DNA of 15,961 nucleotides. Source: Bdellovibrionales bacterium. GTDB lineage: Bacteria; Bdellovibrionota; Bdellovibrionia; Bdellovibrionales; UBA1609. Shown here in pieces: positions 1 to 8,805 of this stretch; positions within the stretch are counted from its first letter, which is position 1, and each line of letters begins with the position of its first letter. The position numbers were made by a program, and so were the translations under genes. Location: positions 1-15,961 of the forward strand of contig JBFWVI010000060.1 of NCBI GenBank assembly GCA_050246815.1, read 5' to 3'. The notes under the pieces are model-generated. The model made no database searches, was not told where the DNA came from, and saw only the letters and a program-made list of their open reading frames with translations.

Positions 1-1694
1 GTACCCAGAACTGTCAGCAGGATTTCAGACCCTACGTCACCGGCCGTGAACTCTTCTGGTATGCCGTTACTAGAAAGCGAAAGCACCGTGTAGTACTCGC
101 TCGTGGCCGCGTCCACTGCCGTGGCGCGCGCATAATGCAAACCCATGTTGGCCTCTGCTCCGCCACCCGCAAGCGTCAGACTTTGCGTGCCCCAACCATA
201 ATGCTCAAGCGCACCGCACCCACCCGTGCAACTGGAGGCAATCGGCTCTCCAATATAAACTTTTTGGCCGTTCTTCATGCCATACGCGCAAACCGCAAAT
301 TGATAGTTGTAATAATTGTTGTTGCTCAAAGGCGTCTGGGTAGAAGAAGTAAAACTATAAAGACCCGAACTCGTCGTGACACTGCCTAAGACGCTGTAAC
401 CTTGATCCATGTAGTAGCCGCAGCTGTCATCACGGCCGCCCCCAGTGGTGGAGCCGCTGGTCGAAATTTTATAAAGCACATCCGCACCTGTGACTTCCGA
501 ACCACTAGCAAAAGGGGCCGCACCGTTTAAGTACGCCCACTTCAATTGCATCATTGGCACCGAACCGCCCTGATAATTCACGCTCAAATAGCCGCCGTGA
601 TTTGCAAAAGGTTCAACCAAACGAAATGGTGGGCGCATACCCGCAAAAGACTCTTCGCCTTCGTTGGCCATCCGATGATGATAAAAAGACAACTGCGTAC
701 CTGTGGTGGGATCGCAGTTCAGATTGGTCGCCCAACCACTATATGTTGCGGCGAAACCGCCAGCACTTGGATACAATCCGACACCCGGTCCAGCCGACAT
801 GGCATAAGCCAAGGGCGAGCTCAAAGTTGTATTGGCATAGACGCCATACCAACCGGGCATACCTTCTGTGTAGCTGCTTGCATAGCAAACTTGGTAAGGC
901 GCGAAGCTTGCGGGACCATTGGCGTCTTTGAAAAATCCCAAATAATAGGCGCCTGAAACGCGTGGCCGCACCTGAGTCACACTATTTTTTTCCTCGCGCT
1001 CATAGTAGCTGGCAGAGTCCATACGCAGCACGTGGTTACCCGTAGCCAGAGCTGGATGACCGATCGTCAAACCACTAAAGATGGTAATCCCAGATTCAAT
1101 CATCACATGAGTCATCGCGATATTATCGAGCACCAAAGTGTTGAACCAACCCGAAACCATATTGTTTTTGGTGACGGCCATACGAGGTTTTGTCAAATCT
1201 GGTGGTTGGAAGTAAGTGACCATCGTGCCGGTGGGACCTGACGTCGAGGAGTTAAAGTAGCGGCCCGCCACCCGCCCCTCTTTGGTCGCGGTGCCGGCCG
1301 GTGTTGCGGTTAGGTTCACCAATGTGGTGCCTTTATTCACCGTGACCAAAGCATCACCGTAAGTCAGCAAAAATGAGGCTCCGGCTGCCGTGTCAAAAAC
1401 ACCCATAAATTGAATTAAAATTCCAGGACCCGACGGAACATTAGGCACCACCAAATCAACCGGTGTGCCCCACGGCACGGGATTGCTATCAAACTCAAAT
1501 TCACGCACGATAGCTGGGCGACCAGGCACTTGAATATTCACGACTGCAAAAGTCAGCATGTCGCCGGCCGCAAGACTTGAACTTGAACCATTAAAAGGGA
1601 TGACCAATCGGACTTTTTCGCCGTCGGTGGCGCGCGTGCAGCTCACGCTTAAAATCGACAAGCCCAAAGCCAGAATCATCTTGTTCAACCGCAT
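1..1694 (-). CDS. Large putative lipoprotein of unknown function (partial, >564 aa, 3' end beyond left edge)
   Basis: Manual translation from ATG at 1694 stays open to position 1: MRLNKMILALGLSILSVS|CTRATDGEKVRLVIPFNG...EGRVAGRYFNSSTSGPTG...GDVGSEILLTVLG. Basic N-terminus, hydrophobic stretch and Cys19 form a slightly non-canonical lipobox. SD-like AAGGGGAG lies 7 nt upstream. Gly/Ser/Thr/aromatic-rich composition. Absent from the ORF track because no stop codon lies in the window. Confidence 0.85.
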   Translation of the reverse strand, partial: MRLNKMILALGLSILSVSCTRATDGEKVRLVIPFNGSSSSLAAGDMLTFAVVNIQVPGRPAIVREFEFDSNPVPWGTPVDLVVPNVPSGPGILIQFMGVFDTAAGASFLLTYGDALVTVNKGTTLVNLTATPAGTATKEGRVAGRYFNSSTSGPTGTMVTYFQPPDLTKPRMAVTKNNMVSGWFNTLVLDNIAMTHVMIESGITIFSGLTIGHPALATGNHVLRMDSASYYEREEKNSVTQVRPRVSGAYYLGFFKDANGPASFAPYQVCYASSYTEGMPGWYGVYANTTLSSPLAYAMSAGPGVGLYPSAGGFAATYSGWATNLNCDPTTGTQLSFYHHRMANEGEESFAGMRPPFRLVEPFANHGGYLSVNYQGGSVPMMQLKWAYLNGAAPFASGSEVTGADVLYKISTSGSTTGGGRDDSCGYYMDQGYSVLGSVTTSSGLYSFTSSTQTPLSNNNYYNYQFAVCAYGMKNGQKVYIGEPIASSCTGGCGALEHYGWGTQSLTLAGGGAEANMGLHYARATAVDAATSEYYTVLSLSSNGIPEEFTAGDVGSEILLTVLG

Positions 1695-1733
1695 ACGTTC
1701 TCCCCTTGAATCAACCGAACTGATCCACTCTAT

Positions 1734-1760
1734 TTTTCGGCCTTTTTAAGGGGCGACCTA
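1734..1760 (-). promoter_or_regulatory. Putative sigma-28 (FliA)-type promoter for the lipoprotein gene
   Basis: Minus strand reads TAGG-N15-GCCGAAAA versus consensus TAAA-N15-GCCGATAA. Spacing is exact and the -10 ends about 40 nt upstream of the ATG at 1694. Confidence 0.45.
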
Positions 1761-1806
1761 AGTCTTCGATCGCCTTAGATTGAGAAAATGGGAGGGGTTT
1801 AATGTG

Positions 1807-1833
1807 GGCGTTTTACTTTGAAGCAAATCCGCC
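1807..1833 (-). terminator. Imperfect stem-loop just downstream of the HTH gene stop
   Basis: Minus strand GGCG-GA-TTTGCT-TCAA-AGTAAA-A-CGCC can fold with one G:U pair and an internal loop. There is no U-tract, so it is at most a weak terminator or stabilising hairpin. Confidence 0.25.
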
Positions 1834-1838
1834 TCAAA

Positions 1839-2435
1839 TCAAAACAACTGTCGCAACACTAAAATAATCAAGGCGATTGAGTTGATTAAAAGCACCAGCT
1901 TCCACCCCACACCAATCACCATTTGGCGCTCCAGATCACCAGCAAGACGGCGATTTTCATCCTGCAAACGTTGCAGTTTCAAAGGAATTTCAGGATCTAT
2001 TTCGACAGGCTTGTGTGAGGGGACAGTTTTTTTCAATTTTTGCTCTAAATCCCGACACCAACGATCCATATTGGGGTCAGGCTCGCGCTTTAAAATAAGC
2101 TCCCTCCACTGTGACCAAGCCGGATCCTTGGTTTCAAGGGTTAAATACCACTGCAAAGACCGAACAACATGGGGCGGAACCTTGGCTTCATCCCTTGTCC
2201 ATCTGGTCCAAGCAGAAGGATCCACCAACAAAAGCTGACAGATTTTGCGCTGACTTAGTCCGAGAGTTTTTCTAGCCCCTTCTAGCCCCCCAATTTGACG
2301 CAAAATCACTCGGGCTTCGGATTCATAACGCAAACGTAGTGCTGTTTTGTGCCGGCCTGGAGCCCTCTCTAGAAACTCCAGTTCACGAATTGATGGCGGA
2401 ACCGTCGACGATGGTAAATCAAGTTGTGTATCCAT
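1839..2435 (-). CDS. XRE/Cro-like helix-turn-helix protein with coiled coil and C-terminal transmembrane anchor (~198 aa; start uncertain, 2435 or 2462)
   Basis: LEGARKTLGLSQRKICQLLLVDPSAWTRW fits an XRE HTH pattern. LKLQRLQDENRRLAGDLERQ is heptad-like. The C-terminus GWKLVLLINSIALIILVLRQLF is hydrophobic. The track extension to 2675 runs through AT-rich DNA and does not look protein-like. Confidence 0.75.
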   Translation of the reverse strand: MDTQLDLPSSTVPPSIRELEFLERAPGRHKTALRLRYESEARVILRQIGGLEGARKTLGLSQRKICQLLLVDPSAWTRWTRDEAKVPPHVVRSLQWYLTLETKDPAWSQWRELILKREPDPNMDRWCRDLEQKLKKTVPSHKPVEIDPEIPLKLQRLQDENRRLAGDLERQMVIGVGWKLVLLINSIALIILVLRQLF

Positions 2436-2498
2436 CCCTCGATGGTGAGCCACCGACGCCATCCGGTCAACTGGACCATGTGAAATAAGTTCCAAACA

Positions 2499-2533
2499 TT
2501 GTGTTTTACAATAATATTCGATGTAAAATACAA
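2499..2533. repeat. 12-bp inverted repeat (11/12 match) with 11-bp spacer; candidate operator or recombinase-binding site
   Basis: TTGTGTTTTACA (2499-2510), ATAATATTCGA, TGTAAAATACAA (2522-2533), within the HTH/recombinase divergent spacer. Confidence 0.5.
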
Positions 2534-2560
2534 CATAACGGTCATTCGGAACATTTTCTG

Positions 2561-2685
2561 AATCAGCTCGAATTAAACCCATCCCCCGACACCCAACTTT
2601 ACGAACTAGACTCAAGCTTTTAGTTATAAGTTTTAGTATTAAATTGTTGATTTTATGAATAATTTTGTGCTTCAATTAGCTCGAA
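2561..2685. repeat. 12-bp direct repeat (11/12 match), 113 bp apart
   Basis: AATCAGCTCGAA at 2561-2572 and AATTAGCTCGAA at 2674-2685 bracket a very AT-rich part of the spacer. Confidence 0.35.
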
Positions 2686-2781
2686 ACGGAGGATTTAAGT
2701 CTTTGACGCTAAGTGCCAAGTAATGACTCATTGTATATAAATATAAATTATTTATCATTAGCGACTTTGACTGATCGCATC

Positions 2782-3309
2782 ATGAGCAAGCAAAAACGTT
2801 ACTCTCTTAACCGCAATAAATATCTATTGGATCCAGAATATGAACGGCTCGACACAATCATCAAGTCGTTCATTGATCGCGATCCCCGCAACTGCCTGCT
2901 GATCACTTTGGCCCTACAGACTGGGGCCCGCGCCCAAGAGCTTCTCAATTTGGAGGCCACGGACTTGAATGATTTTGAACGCTCTCTTTTTATTCGCGGG
3001 ATTAAGGGCTCCAACGATCGCGAATTGCCTTTGCGGCCAGCCCTTTTTGATCAACTCAAAAGACAGCTTCCGGCCGCCGGCAAACTTTTTCCGATCAGTT
3101 ATCACCGCTTGTATCAGATCTGGAATATGTACCGCCCCGTGCCCAAGAAATTTCACTCGCTTCGCCATACATTTGCAATCAGGCTTTATCGCAAAACTAA
3201 GGACATTCGTCTGGTCCAGGTGGCGTTGGGCCACCGCAACATCACCAACACCATGATCTATGCGGATTACCTCTATAGCCAACAAGAGTTGCGTAAGCTG
3301 ATTCTGTAA
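2782..3309 (+). CDS. Tyrosine recombinase/integrase, catalytic domain only (~175 aa)
   Basis: Complete catalytic set: TGAR (Arg 2929), IKGS (Lys), HSLRH (His 3154, Arg 3163), LGH (His 3232) and TMIY (Tyr 3259). Likely start is ATG 2782 (MSKQKRYSLN); the track's GTG 2713 lies in AT-rich DNA. No room for an N-terminal core-binding domain. Confidence 0.92.
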   Translation: MSKQKRYSLNRNKYLLDPEYERLDTIIKSFIDRDPRNCLLITLALQTGARAQELLNLEATDLNDFERSLFIRGIKGSNDRELPLRPALFDQLKRQLPAAGKLFPISYHRLYQIWNMYRPVPKKFHSLRHTFAIRLYRKTKDIRLVQVALGHRNITNTMIYADYLYSQQELRKLIL

Positions 3310-3384
3310 TTGTTTTTGAGGGTTACGCTGGCTTAAGCTGTTACGTGGATCGGGCTAGACCTCTCGCCAGGGAAGGAGTTGAGA

Positions 3385-4068
3385 GTGCGCTTTTTATCTC
3401 TCATTATATATGGACTGTATTGGGCAGGTGATATGGCCGGGGCGCAGACACCCAGCCAAGTGTACGACCTACCTAAAGTGGTGGCTGTGCAAAACCGAGC
3501 TTTTCAGGTTCCGCGCGAATTTGCACTTCAGCTGGGGTACTTGCCGTCGGATGCCTTCAATAAAGGCTATGCCATTGGCGGCGCCTACACCCACTTCTTC
3601 AATGATTATTTTGGCTGGGAAGTGCTCAACGCAAGCTATGTGATCAACAGCGAGACCAATCTAAAAAAGGACCTTTTGGGCTGTTGCTCGGTCGACGTTG
3701 AAAACGTGGGTTTTGGCGGCGCCCTGGACTATATCGAATGGTACGCCCTGACCAGTGTGGTCTACACCCCGCTTTACACCAAGTCTTTGCTATTCAATAA
3801 AAAAATCGTGCACGGTGAGATCAGCTTTTTAGGCGGCGCAGGGGGTGTGAAATTTCATGAGACTGGCATGCGCTCGCTTGTCTCACTTGGTTTTTACGTG
3901 CGCTTTTTCTTGCGGCCCGAACGATCCTGGAAATTTGAATTCCGCGATCACATCTATTTTGAAAAATCTTTGGGTGCGGTGAACGCCATGGCACTCATGC
4001 TCAGCTATAGCTTTCACTTTGGCACCGATAAAAAAGTCCGCCCCGACCAGGAGAGCGATGAACTTTAG
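3385..4068 (+). CDS. Outer-membrane beta-barrel protein, myxobacterial/Bdellovibrio GltA/GltB/GltH-like family
   Basis: Signal-peptide-like N-terminus. VVAVQNR...EFALQLGYLPSDAFNKGYAIGGAYTHFFNDYFGWEV and YTPLYTKSLLF resemble this family. Alternating strands run through to LSYSFHF. SD GGAAGGAG (3371-3378) is 6 nt from GTG 3385, which favours that start over TTG 3379. Confidence 0.8.
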   Translation: MRFLSLIIYGLYWAGDMAGAQTPSQVYDLPKVVAVQNRAFQVPREFALQLGYLPSDAFNKGYAIGGAYTHFFNDYFGWEVLNASYVINSETNLKKDLLGCCSVDVENVGFGGALDYIEWYALTSVVYTPLYTKSLLFNKKIVHGEISFLGGAGGVKFHETGMRSLVSLGFYVRFFLRPERSWKFEFRDHIYFEKSLGAVNAMALMLSYSFHFGTDKKVRPDQESDEL

Positions 4069-5569
4069 CCGCGGGATTTATTTCATTTTGTTTTTTTTAA
4101 GCCTTTGGGCGGTGGCGCAAACCACCGAACTCAGTGGCAACTTTGCGCCAAAGACTGAAAAGCCTTTTGCTTATCGTCCTACGGATCCTTTATTTTGGGG
4201 CAAAATTGAAACTCTTCTGGCGGCCGCCGATTTTTCTTCTGTGGTCATCGAAGGCGCCAATCAAACCAAGCGATCCAACGAAAGCTCAGCAGATGGCGCC
4301 GAAGGCCGCTTGGCCACCGCGATGGGATTAAGCCGCAAAGGCCTGACTTTCGGTGCCACTTTGCTTTTGATTGATTTGGCAAAATCACGCTCAGGCACCA
4401 GCGTGGGCGAAGCCGCACTTTATGAACTTCAGCAGCTGACTTTGGCCCACAATTACGATCGCGACAACGTGGATGCGCTGATGAATTCCAACGAATTCGG
4501 CCCGCTTCACCCCGATATTCAGAGTTTTGTTTCGTTTTATCGCTATCTTTATAATCTGCGCTACGGTTTTAATCGGTGGGCTGAGACACAAAAAGTTTTA
4601 ATCAAAAAAGATTCTCCTTCGGACTTTGAGCTTCGCTATTGGACTGCCATCGGTGACGTGGCACGCAACAAAACGGACAAAGCCCAGGCCATCTTGAAAG
4701 AAATCTATGCCTCACCCCTAGCGCCGACTCGGGTGAAACAGCGGACTCAAGTGCAGTTGGCGCGCTTGGCTTTTGAGCGCGGACAATTCAACGAAGCCCA
4801 TGAGCTTTACCACTCTTTGCCCGAGTTTGGTGTTCGCGAAAAAGGCCGCATGCTGCTTGAAACCGCCTGGACTAAATACTACCTAAAAAGTTATGACAAA
4901 GCCCTAGGGCTATTGAACGCTTTGCGCGCCCCTTATTTCGCACAATCCTTAACACCCGAACGTTATGTCTTGGAAATCCTGATTTATCGCGACCTTTGTC
5001 AATACGATGCCGTTGAGAGTGCCGTTAAAAAATTCAAAGCCGCCTTTCGCAACTCTTTCCGCGCCATTCGTCAAAGGGCGCAGCTGCGCCAAGATACGGC
5101 CTTGGTCAATTTGGCTCTTATGGATTTAGACCTGCAAGACAAGGCCAACTTGATCGATCAGTTACGCCGCGAACGTGAAGAGCTGCTGCGATCCGGCTGG
5201 AAGGGACTCGCCTTTTACAAAGCCATGAACGATGAGTATTTGCGGCGCGATCGAACTCTAAGACGCGAACTGGATCTGCAACTTGAACCGCGAACCCGCG
5301 AAATCGCCGAATCATTTTTGGATACCGAAGAACAAATTCAGTTCCTGGATTACACCTCAAAGCTAGATGCACTTCGCATCGTTCGTGACGGGGAGGATCG
5401 CGATTATCAATCCGCTCCGATTTCATATCTGACGTTCGAATCCATTTATTGGCCGGTCGAGGATGAATTTTGGTGGGATGAATTTAAATTTTATAAAGTC
5501 CTGATCTCAAGCCAATGCAAGCAATCTAAATCACGCAAAGAAGAAAAAATGGAGCGAGAATTCGAATGA
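4058..5569 (+). CDS. gltC: GltC-like periplasmic TPR protein (~503 aa)
   Basis: Signal peptide (GIYFILFFLSLWAVAQ) and TPR helices. GltC-like segments LLETAWTKYYLKSYDKALGLLNALRAPYF...PERYVL...IYRDLCQYD and C-terminal YWPVEDEFWWDEFKFYKVLISSQC. ATG 4058 has a GGAG upstream and overlaps the barrel gene end. Confidence 0.75.
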   Translation: MNFSRGIYFILFFLSLWAVAQTTELSGNFAPKTEKPFAYRPTDPLFWGKIETLLAAADFSSVVIEGANQTKRSNESSADGAEGRLATAMGLSRKGLTFGATLLLIDLAKSRSGTSVGEAALYELQQLTLAHNYDRDNVDALMNSNEFGPLHPDIQSFVSFYRYLYNLRYGFNRWAETQKVLIKKDSPSDFELRYWTAIGDVARNKTDKAQAILKEIYASPLAPTRVKQRTQVQLARLAFERGQFNEAHELYHSLPEFGVREKGRMLLETAWTKYYLKSYDKALGLLNALRAPYFAQSLTPERYVLEILIYRDLCQYDAVESAVKKFKAAFRNSFRAIRQRAQLRQDTALVNLALMDLDLQDKANLIDQLRREREELLRSGWKGLAFYKAMNDEYLRRDRTLRRELDLQLEPRTREIAESFLDTEEQIQFLDYTSKLDALRIVRDGEDRDYQSAPISYLTFESIYWPVEDEFWWDEFKFYKVLISSQCKQSKSRKEEKMEREFE

Positions 5570-8500
5570 GACGGTGCTGGACCGCCCTCTTTTTCTTTGC
5601 CTTTCAAGCGGGCGCACAAGTGGCCGACGGCATAAGCCTAGAGCAAATGCGTCGAGACTTGGTCAAGCTTGATCGCAGCATCATGGAGACCAAAGACAAA
5701 ATTAAACTGGTCAAGGATGCGCGCTTTCTGCCTGACCTGTATTTTGCCTTAAGCGAATTTCTGGTCGACAAAAGTCGCTATATGTACGCCGTCAAAGTGG
5801 CTGAAAACCCCAAAACACCACCCGACGAATTGGACTTCACCGCCGAAAAGCGCCCAAAGCTTGAAGCTATCCAAGTCTACGAAACCATCATCGAGAAATT
5901 CCCAAAACTCGAAGAACGCGACAAAGCCGTGTTTTATCGCGCCCACGAGCTGCGCGAATTGGGAAGAACCGAAGATATGCTGAAGGCCTATCAACAGCTC
6001 TCAGTTGAATACCCAAACTCGGTCTATTGGACTGAAAGCCAAATCATCATCGGTGACTATCTATTCGAAGAGAAAAAAGATATGGACGCCGCCATGATCG
6101 TTTATCAAAAAATTCTGCAACGCCCACCAGGCCCCTTTACACCTCTGGCCAATTACAAAATAGGTTGGGTGCACGTCAATAAATCGCAGTTCGGTGATGC
6201 CGTGCTGGCCTATGAACGAGTTTTAATTCAAAACCAAGACGTGGATTTGGCTAAACTTCCCGCCGCTTACCGCAAAACCGACGTGCGCCGCGAAGCCTTG
6301 ATCGCTCTGGTGTGGCCGCTGTCGGAGCTGGATCCTAAAAAATTGGTGGGCCTTGCCAGTCGGCAGCGCAATTTGCTGGAGTACTTTTACACTCTGGCGC
6401 CAGACAAAATGAGTTACGAAAAGGTGCTTGCCCGCCTTGGTAAACGCCTGGAGCTTAAAAAACGGCACGTGGAAGCCACAAAAGTCTATTTCGAACTTCT
6501 GCGCATCACTTTGGATATGAAAGATCGTTTGGATGCAAGCGAACGCCTTTATGTCAGCATGAAAAATACGCAAAAAAATTGGCCCGTGCGAGGTTTGGTC
6601 CAAGAAACGGCCAAAACCCTGACTCTGGTCGAAGGCTCGCATGCCTTAAGTGATGCCGAACGTAAAAAGGCACTGTTTAACCTTGAAATATTCGCGCGCG
6701 ATGTGGCCACTCGCCAAAATAAACGAGCAAAGCAAACTCGCGCTAAAGAGGATTGGGACTGGACCATTCGCGATTACAATTTATATTTATCCCTGTTCCC
6801 GCAGAGCAAATATTTTCGGGCCATTAAGTTGAACTTAGCTGAAAGCTATTTCAATGCTGGGTATCCAGTTGAGGCCGGCCGCGAGTATGAATGGCTGGCC
6901 AAACACAGCAAAGGCGGAAAAAAGGAAAAAACATACTATGACTCTACGCTACAGTCCTATATCGCCGCCATTCGTCAGCAAAGCTCACTTTCGCGCCTAC
7001 AGCTAACAGAAGCTCGCCATGGTTTGCGCGAAGCCGGACGAAGTTTTATGGCGACTTACCCCACAGATCGTGCCAATTCGGATATCTTGTTCAATATTGG
7101 CCAAACATTTTACGACGAACGCCGCTTCCCTCAGGCCGTCACTGCCTTCAAGGAATATTTGAGCAAGTATCCCGGCGGTCCCAAAGCCTCTGTTAGTGCC
7201 AACCTGATTTTGGATGCCCACAACCAACGGGAAGATTACAAGGCCATAATCACCGATGGACGCGGTTTTTTAAACAATCCTAAAATCAAAGATCTCACCC
7301 TGCGCCGGCAAGTTCGCGAAATCGTGCAGCAGGCCGAAATGCGGGCCGTGCAAGTGGCAGCCGGTGACTTCTCCACTCCGGACTACGCAGCGAACCTTTT
7401 AAAACTGGCGCGAAAGTACAAAGGCTCAAGCTTGGGTGATCAAGCCCTGTACGAAGCTTTTACGGCTTTAAAAGCCAAAAAAGATCCCAAAGCCTATGAT
7501 TCAGGCGAACAGCTTTTAATGCAACATCGTGCCTCTAAATACGCATTAGAAGTCACCACCGTCATGGGTCAAATGGCCTTGGCAAGCGCCGACTTCAGGC
7601 GAGCGGCCTTGTATTTCGAAATTTTCAACGATCGCTATGGCAATCGACCAGAAGCCAAGGAATTTTTAAGCAATGCCGCCAAAATGCGTGAATTAATGGG
7701 CGATTACAAAATCGCCGCCAACGATTACAAAAAATTAGGCGACAATTTAAGTGCCGCACGCATGGACTTTTTATCGCGTGACTGGTCGGCACTCTTGCGC
7801 TCAGCCCCCTCGGCCGGGGGTATATACGCCTCTTACTATGAAGGTTTAGCCCAATATCGCTTGCGTGGCATCGGCCAAGCTCGCGCCGCTTTGGAGCGCG
7901 CCAGCCAAATGGGCAATGATTTTACCGAGCAAGAAATGGCCGCCCATTCTCTTTACCTGCTGTCGATGGCCGCCATGGAAAACTACAAAGCCATTCAAAT
8001 GAGCGAAGGGGCTGAAGCCAAGGCGGTCAATGACAAGGCGGCGCGCCTGAAAGCGCTTGAAGCACAACTCAACCGCGTGATTCATTTTGGCAATGGCCGA
8101 TGGACCATCGCCGCACTTTATAGTCTGGGACAAACCAACACCGAGTTTGCACGCTTCATTCGCAGTGCACCCACACCGAAAAATCTAAGTTCACAACAAA
8201 TGGCGCAGTATCGAAAAATTCTCGAACAACAAGCCTCGCAATATGAAAACAATGCGAAAAGACACTTCCAACAATGCCTCGGGAGCGCTGAAAAATTTGA
8301 AGTTTTAACTCGTTTCACGGCTGGTTGCCAATCGGCAGGTAAAATCGAAGTCGACGAAGCCAAGGAGGTCATGATCAGCGCACGGGCAGCTGACAGCACC
8401 CCTCCTGCCAGTGTGGCTTTGCGACGGCAGCTCCTCGACCAGCCCCGCAACACTGCACTCTTCTTGCAATTGGCAAATATCCACATAAAGGCTAAGGATT

Positions 8501-8793
8501 ACGCCATGACCGAACTGATCTTGAATCGAGCACTTGAAATTGAACCCAACAGCGCCGCTCTAATGGCAGATGTCGGCGTGATCAATCTGTATAAGCGCGA
8601 CTACGTCAGCGCCAAAGCCTGGTTTGAAAAGGCCTTGGCCAAAGACCCCAAAAACGCCTTGGCCCTTCGCGGAATGGCCGGACTATTCAGACAGTTCCGC
8701 TTCCCGACCAAATACCAGCAGTATGCCACGAAAGCCAAAGCCGCTGGACCCGCCAAAGGCCTCACCCACCCCATGGTCCTTGGGGCAGATTAG
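5566..8793 (+). CDS. gltD: GltD/AgmU-like large TPR protein (1075 aa) with extra C-terminal GltE/AglT-like TPR tail
   Basis: Signal peptide. AgmU-type repeats (FPKLEERDKAVFYRAHE, YPNSVYWTESQIIIGDYLFE, ANYKIGWVHVN, WTIAALYSLGQ...FIRSAPTPKNL). ATGA overlap with the gltC-like stop. Located upstream of a gltG-like gene. Confidence 0.7.
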   Translation: MRRCWTALFFFAFQAGAQVADGISLEQMRRDLVKLDRSIMETKDKIKLVKDARFLPDLYFALSEFLVDKSRYMYAVKVAENPKTPPDELDFTAEKRPKLEAIQVYETIIEKFPKLEERDKAVFYRAHELRELGRTEDMLKAYQQLSVEYPNSVYWTESQIIIGDYLFEEKKDMDAAMIVYQKILQRPPGPFTPLANYKIGWVHVNKSQFGDAVLAYERVLIQNQDVDLAKLPAAYRKTDVRREALIALVWPLSELDPKKLVGLASRQRNLLEYFYTLAPDKMSYEKVLARLGKRLELKKRHVEATKVYFELLRITLDMKDRLDASERLYVSMKNTQKNWPVRGLVQETAKTLTLVEGSHALSDAERKKALFNLEIFARDVATRQNKRAKQTRAKEDWDWTIRDYNLYLSLFPQSKYFRAIKLNLAESYFNAGYPVEAGREYEWLAKHSKGGKKEKTYYDSTLQSYIAAIRQQSSLSRLQLTEARHGLREAGRSFMATYPTDRANSDILFNIGQTFYDERRFPQAVTAFKEYLSKYPGGPKASVSANLILDAHNQREDYKAIITDGRGFLNNPKIKDLTLRRQVREIVQQAEMRAVQVAAGDFSTPDYAANLLKLARKYKGSSLGDQALYEAFTALKAKKDPKAYDSGEQLLMQHRASKYALEVTTVMGQMALASADFRRAALYFEIFNDRYGNRPEAKEFLSNAAKMRELMGDYKIAANDYKKLGDNLSAARMDFLSRDWSALLRSAPSAGGIYASYYEGLAQYRLRGIGQARAALERASQMGNDFTEQEMAAHSLYLLSMAAMENYKAIQMSEGAEAKAVNDKAARLKALEAQLNRVIHFGNGRWTIAALYSLGQTNTEFARFIRSAPTPKNLSSQQMAQYRKILEQQASQYENNAKRHFQQCLGSAEKFEVLTRFTAGCQSAGKIEVDEAKEVMISARAADSTPPASVALRRQLLDQPRNTALFLQLANIHIKAKDYAMTELILNRALEIEPNSAALMADVGVINLYKRDYVSAKAWFEKALAKDPKNALALRGMAGLFRQFRFPTKYQQYATKAKAAGPAKGLTHPMVLGAD

Positions 8794-8805
8794 CAATCTC
8801 TGCTC

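Noticed and set aside
135..1749. Plus-strand ORFs 135..389, 546..956, 554..931, 1032..1241 and 1558..1749
   Set aside because: Antisense shadows of the long minus-strand lipoprotein frame; no recognisable motifs.
2600..2770. Possible dif site or replication origin next to the recombinase
   Set aside because: No convincing match to the XerC/D dif consensus (no TTATGTTAAA arm) or to difH, and no DnaA-box cluster.
2436..2781. N-terminal extensions of the HTH ORF (to 2675) and recombinase ORF (from 2713), and ORF 2369..2554
   Set aside because: They run through AT-rich, repeat-bearing spacer DNA and give non-protein-like sequence; downstream ATGs are more plausible.
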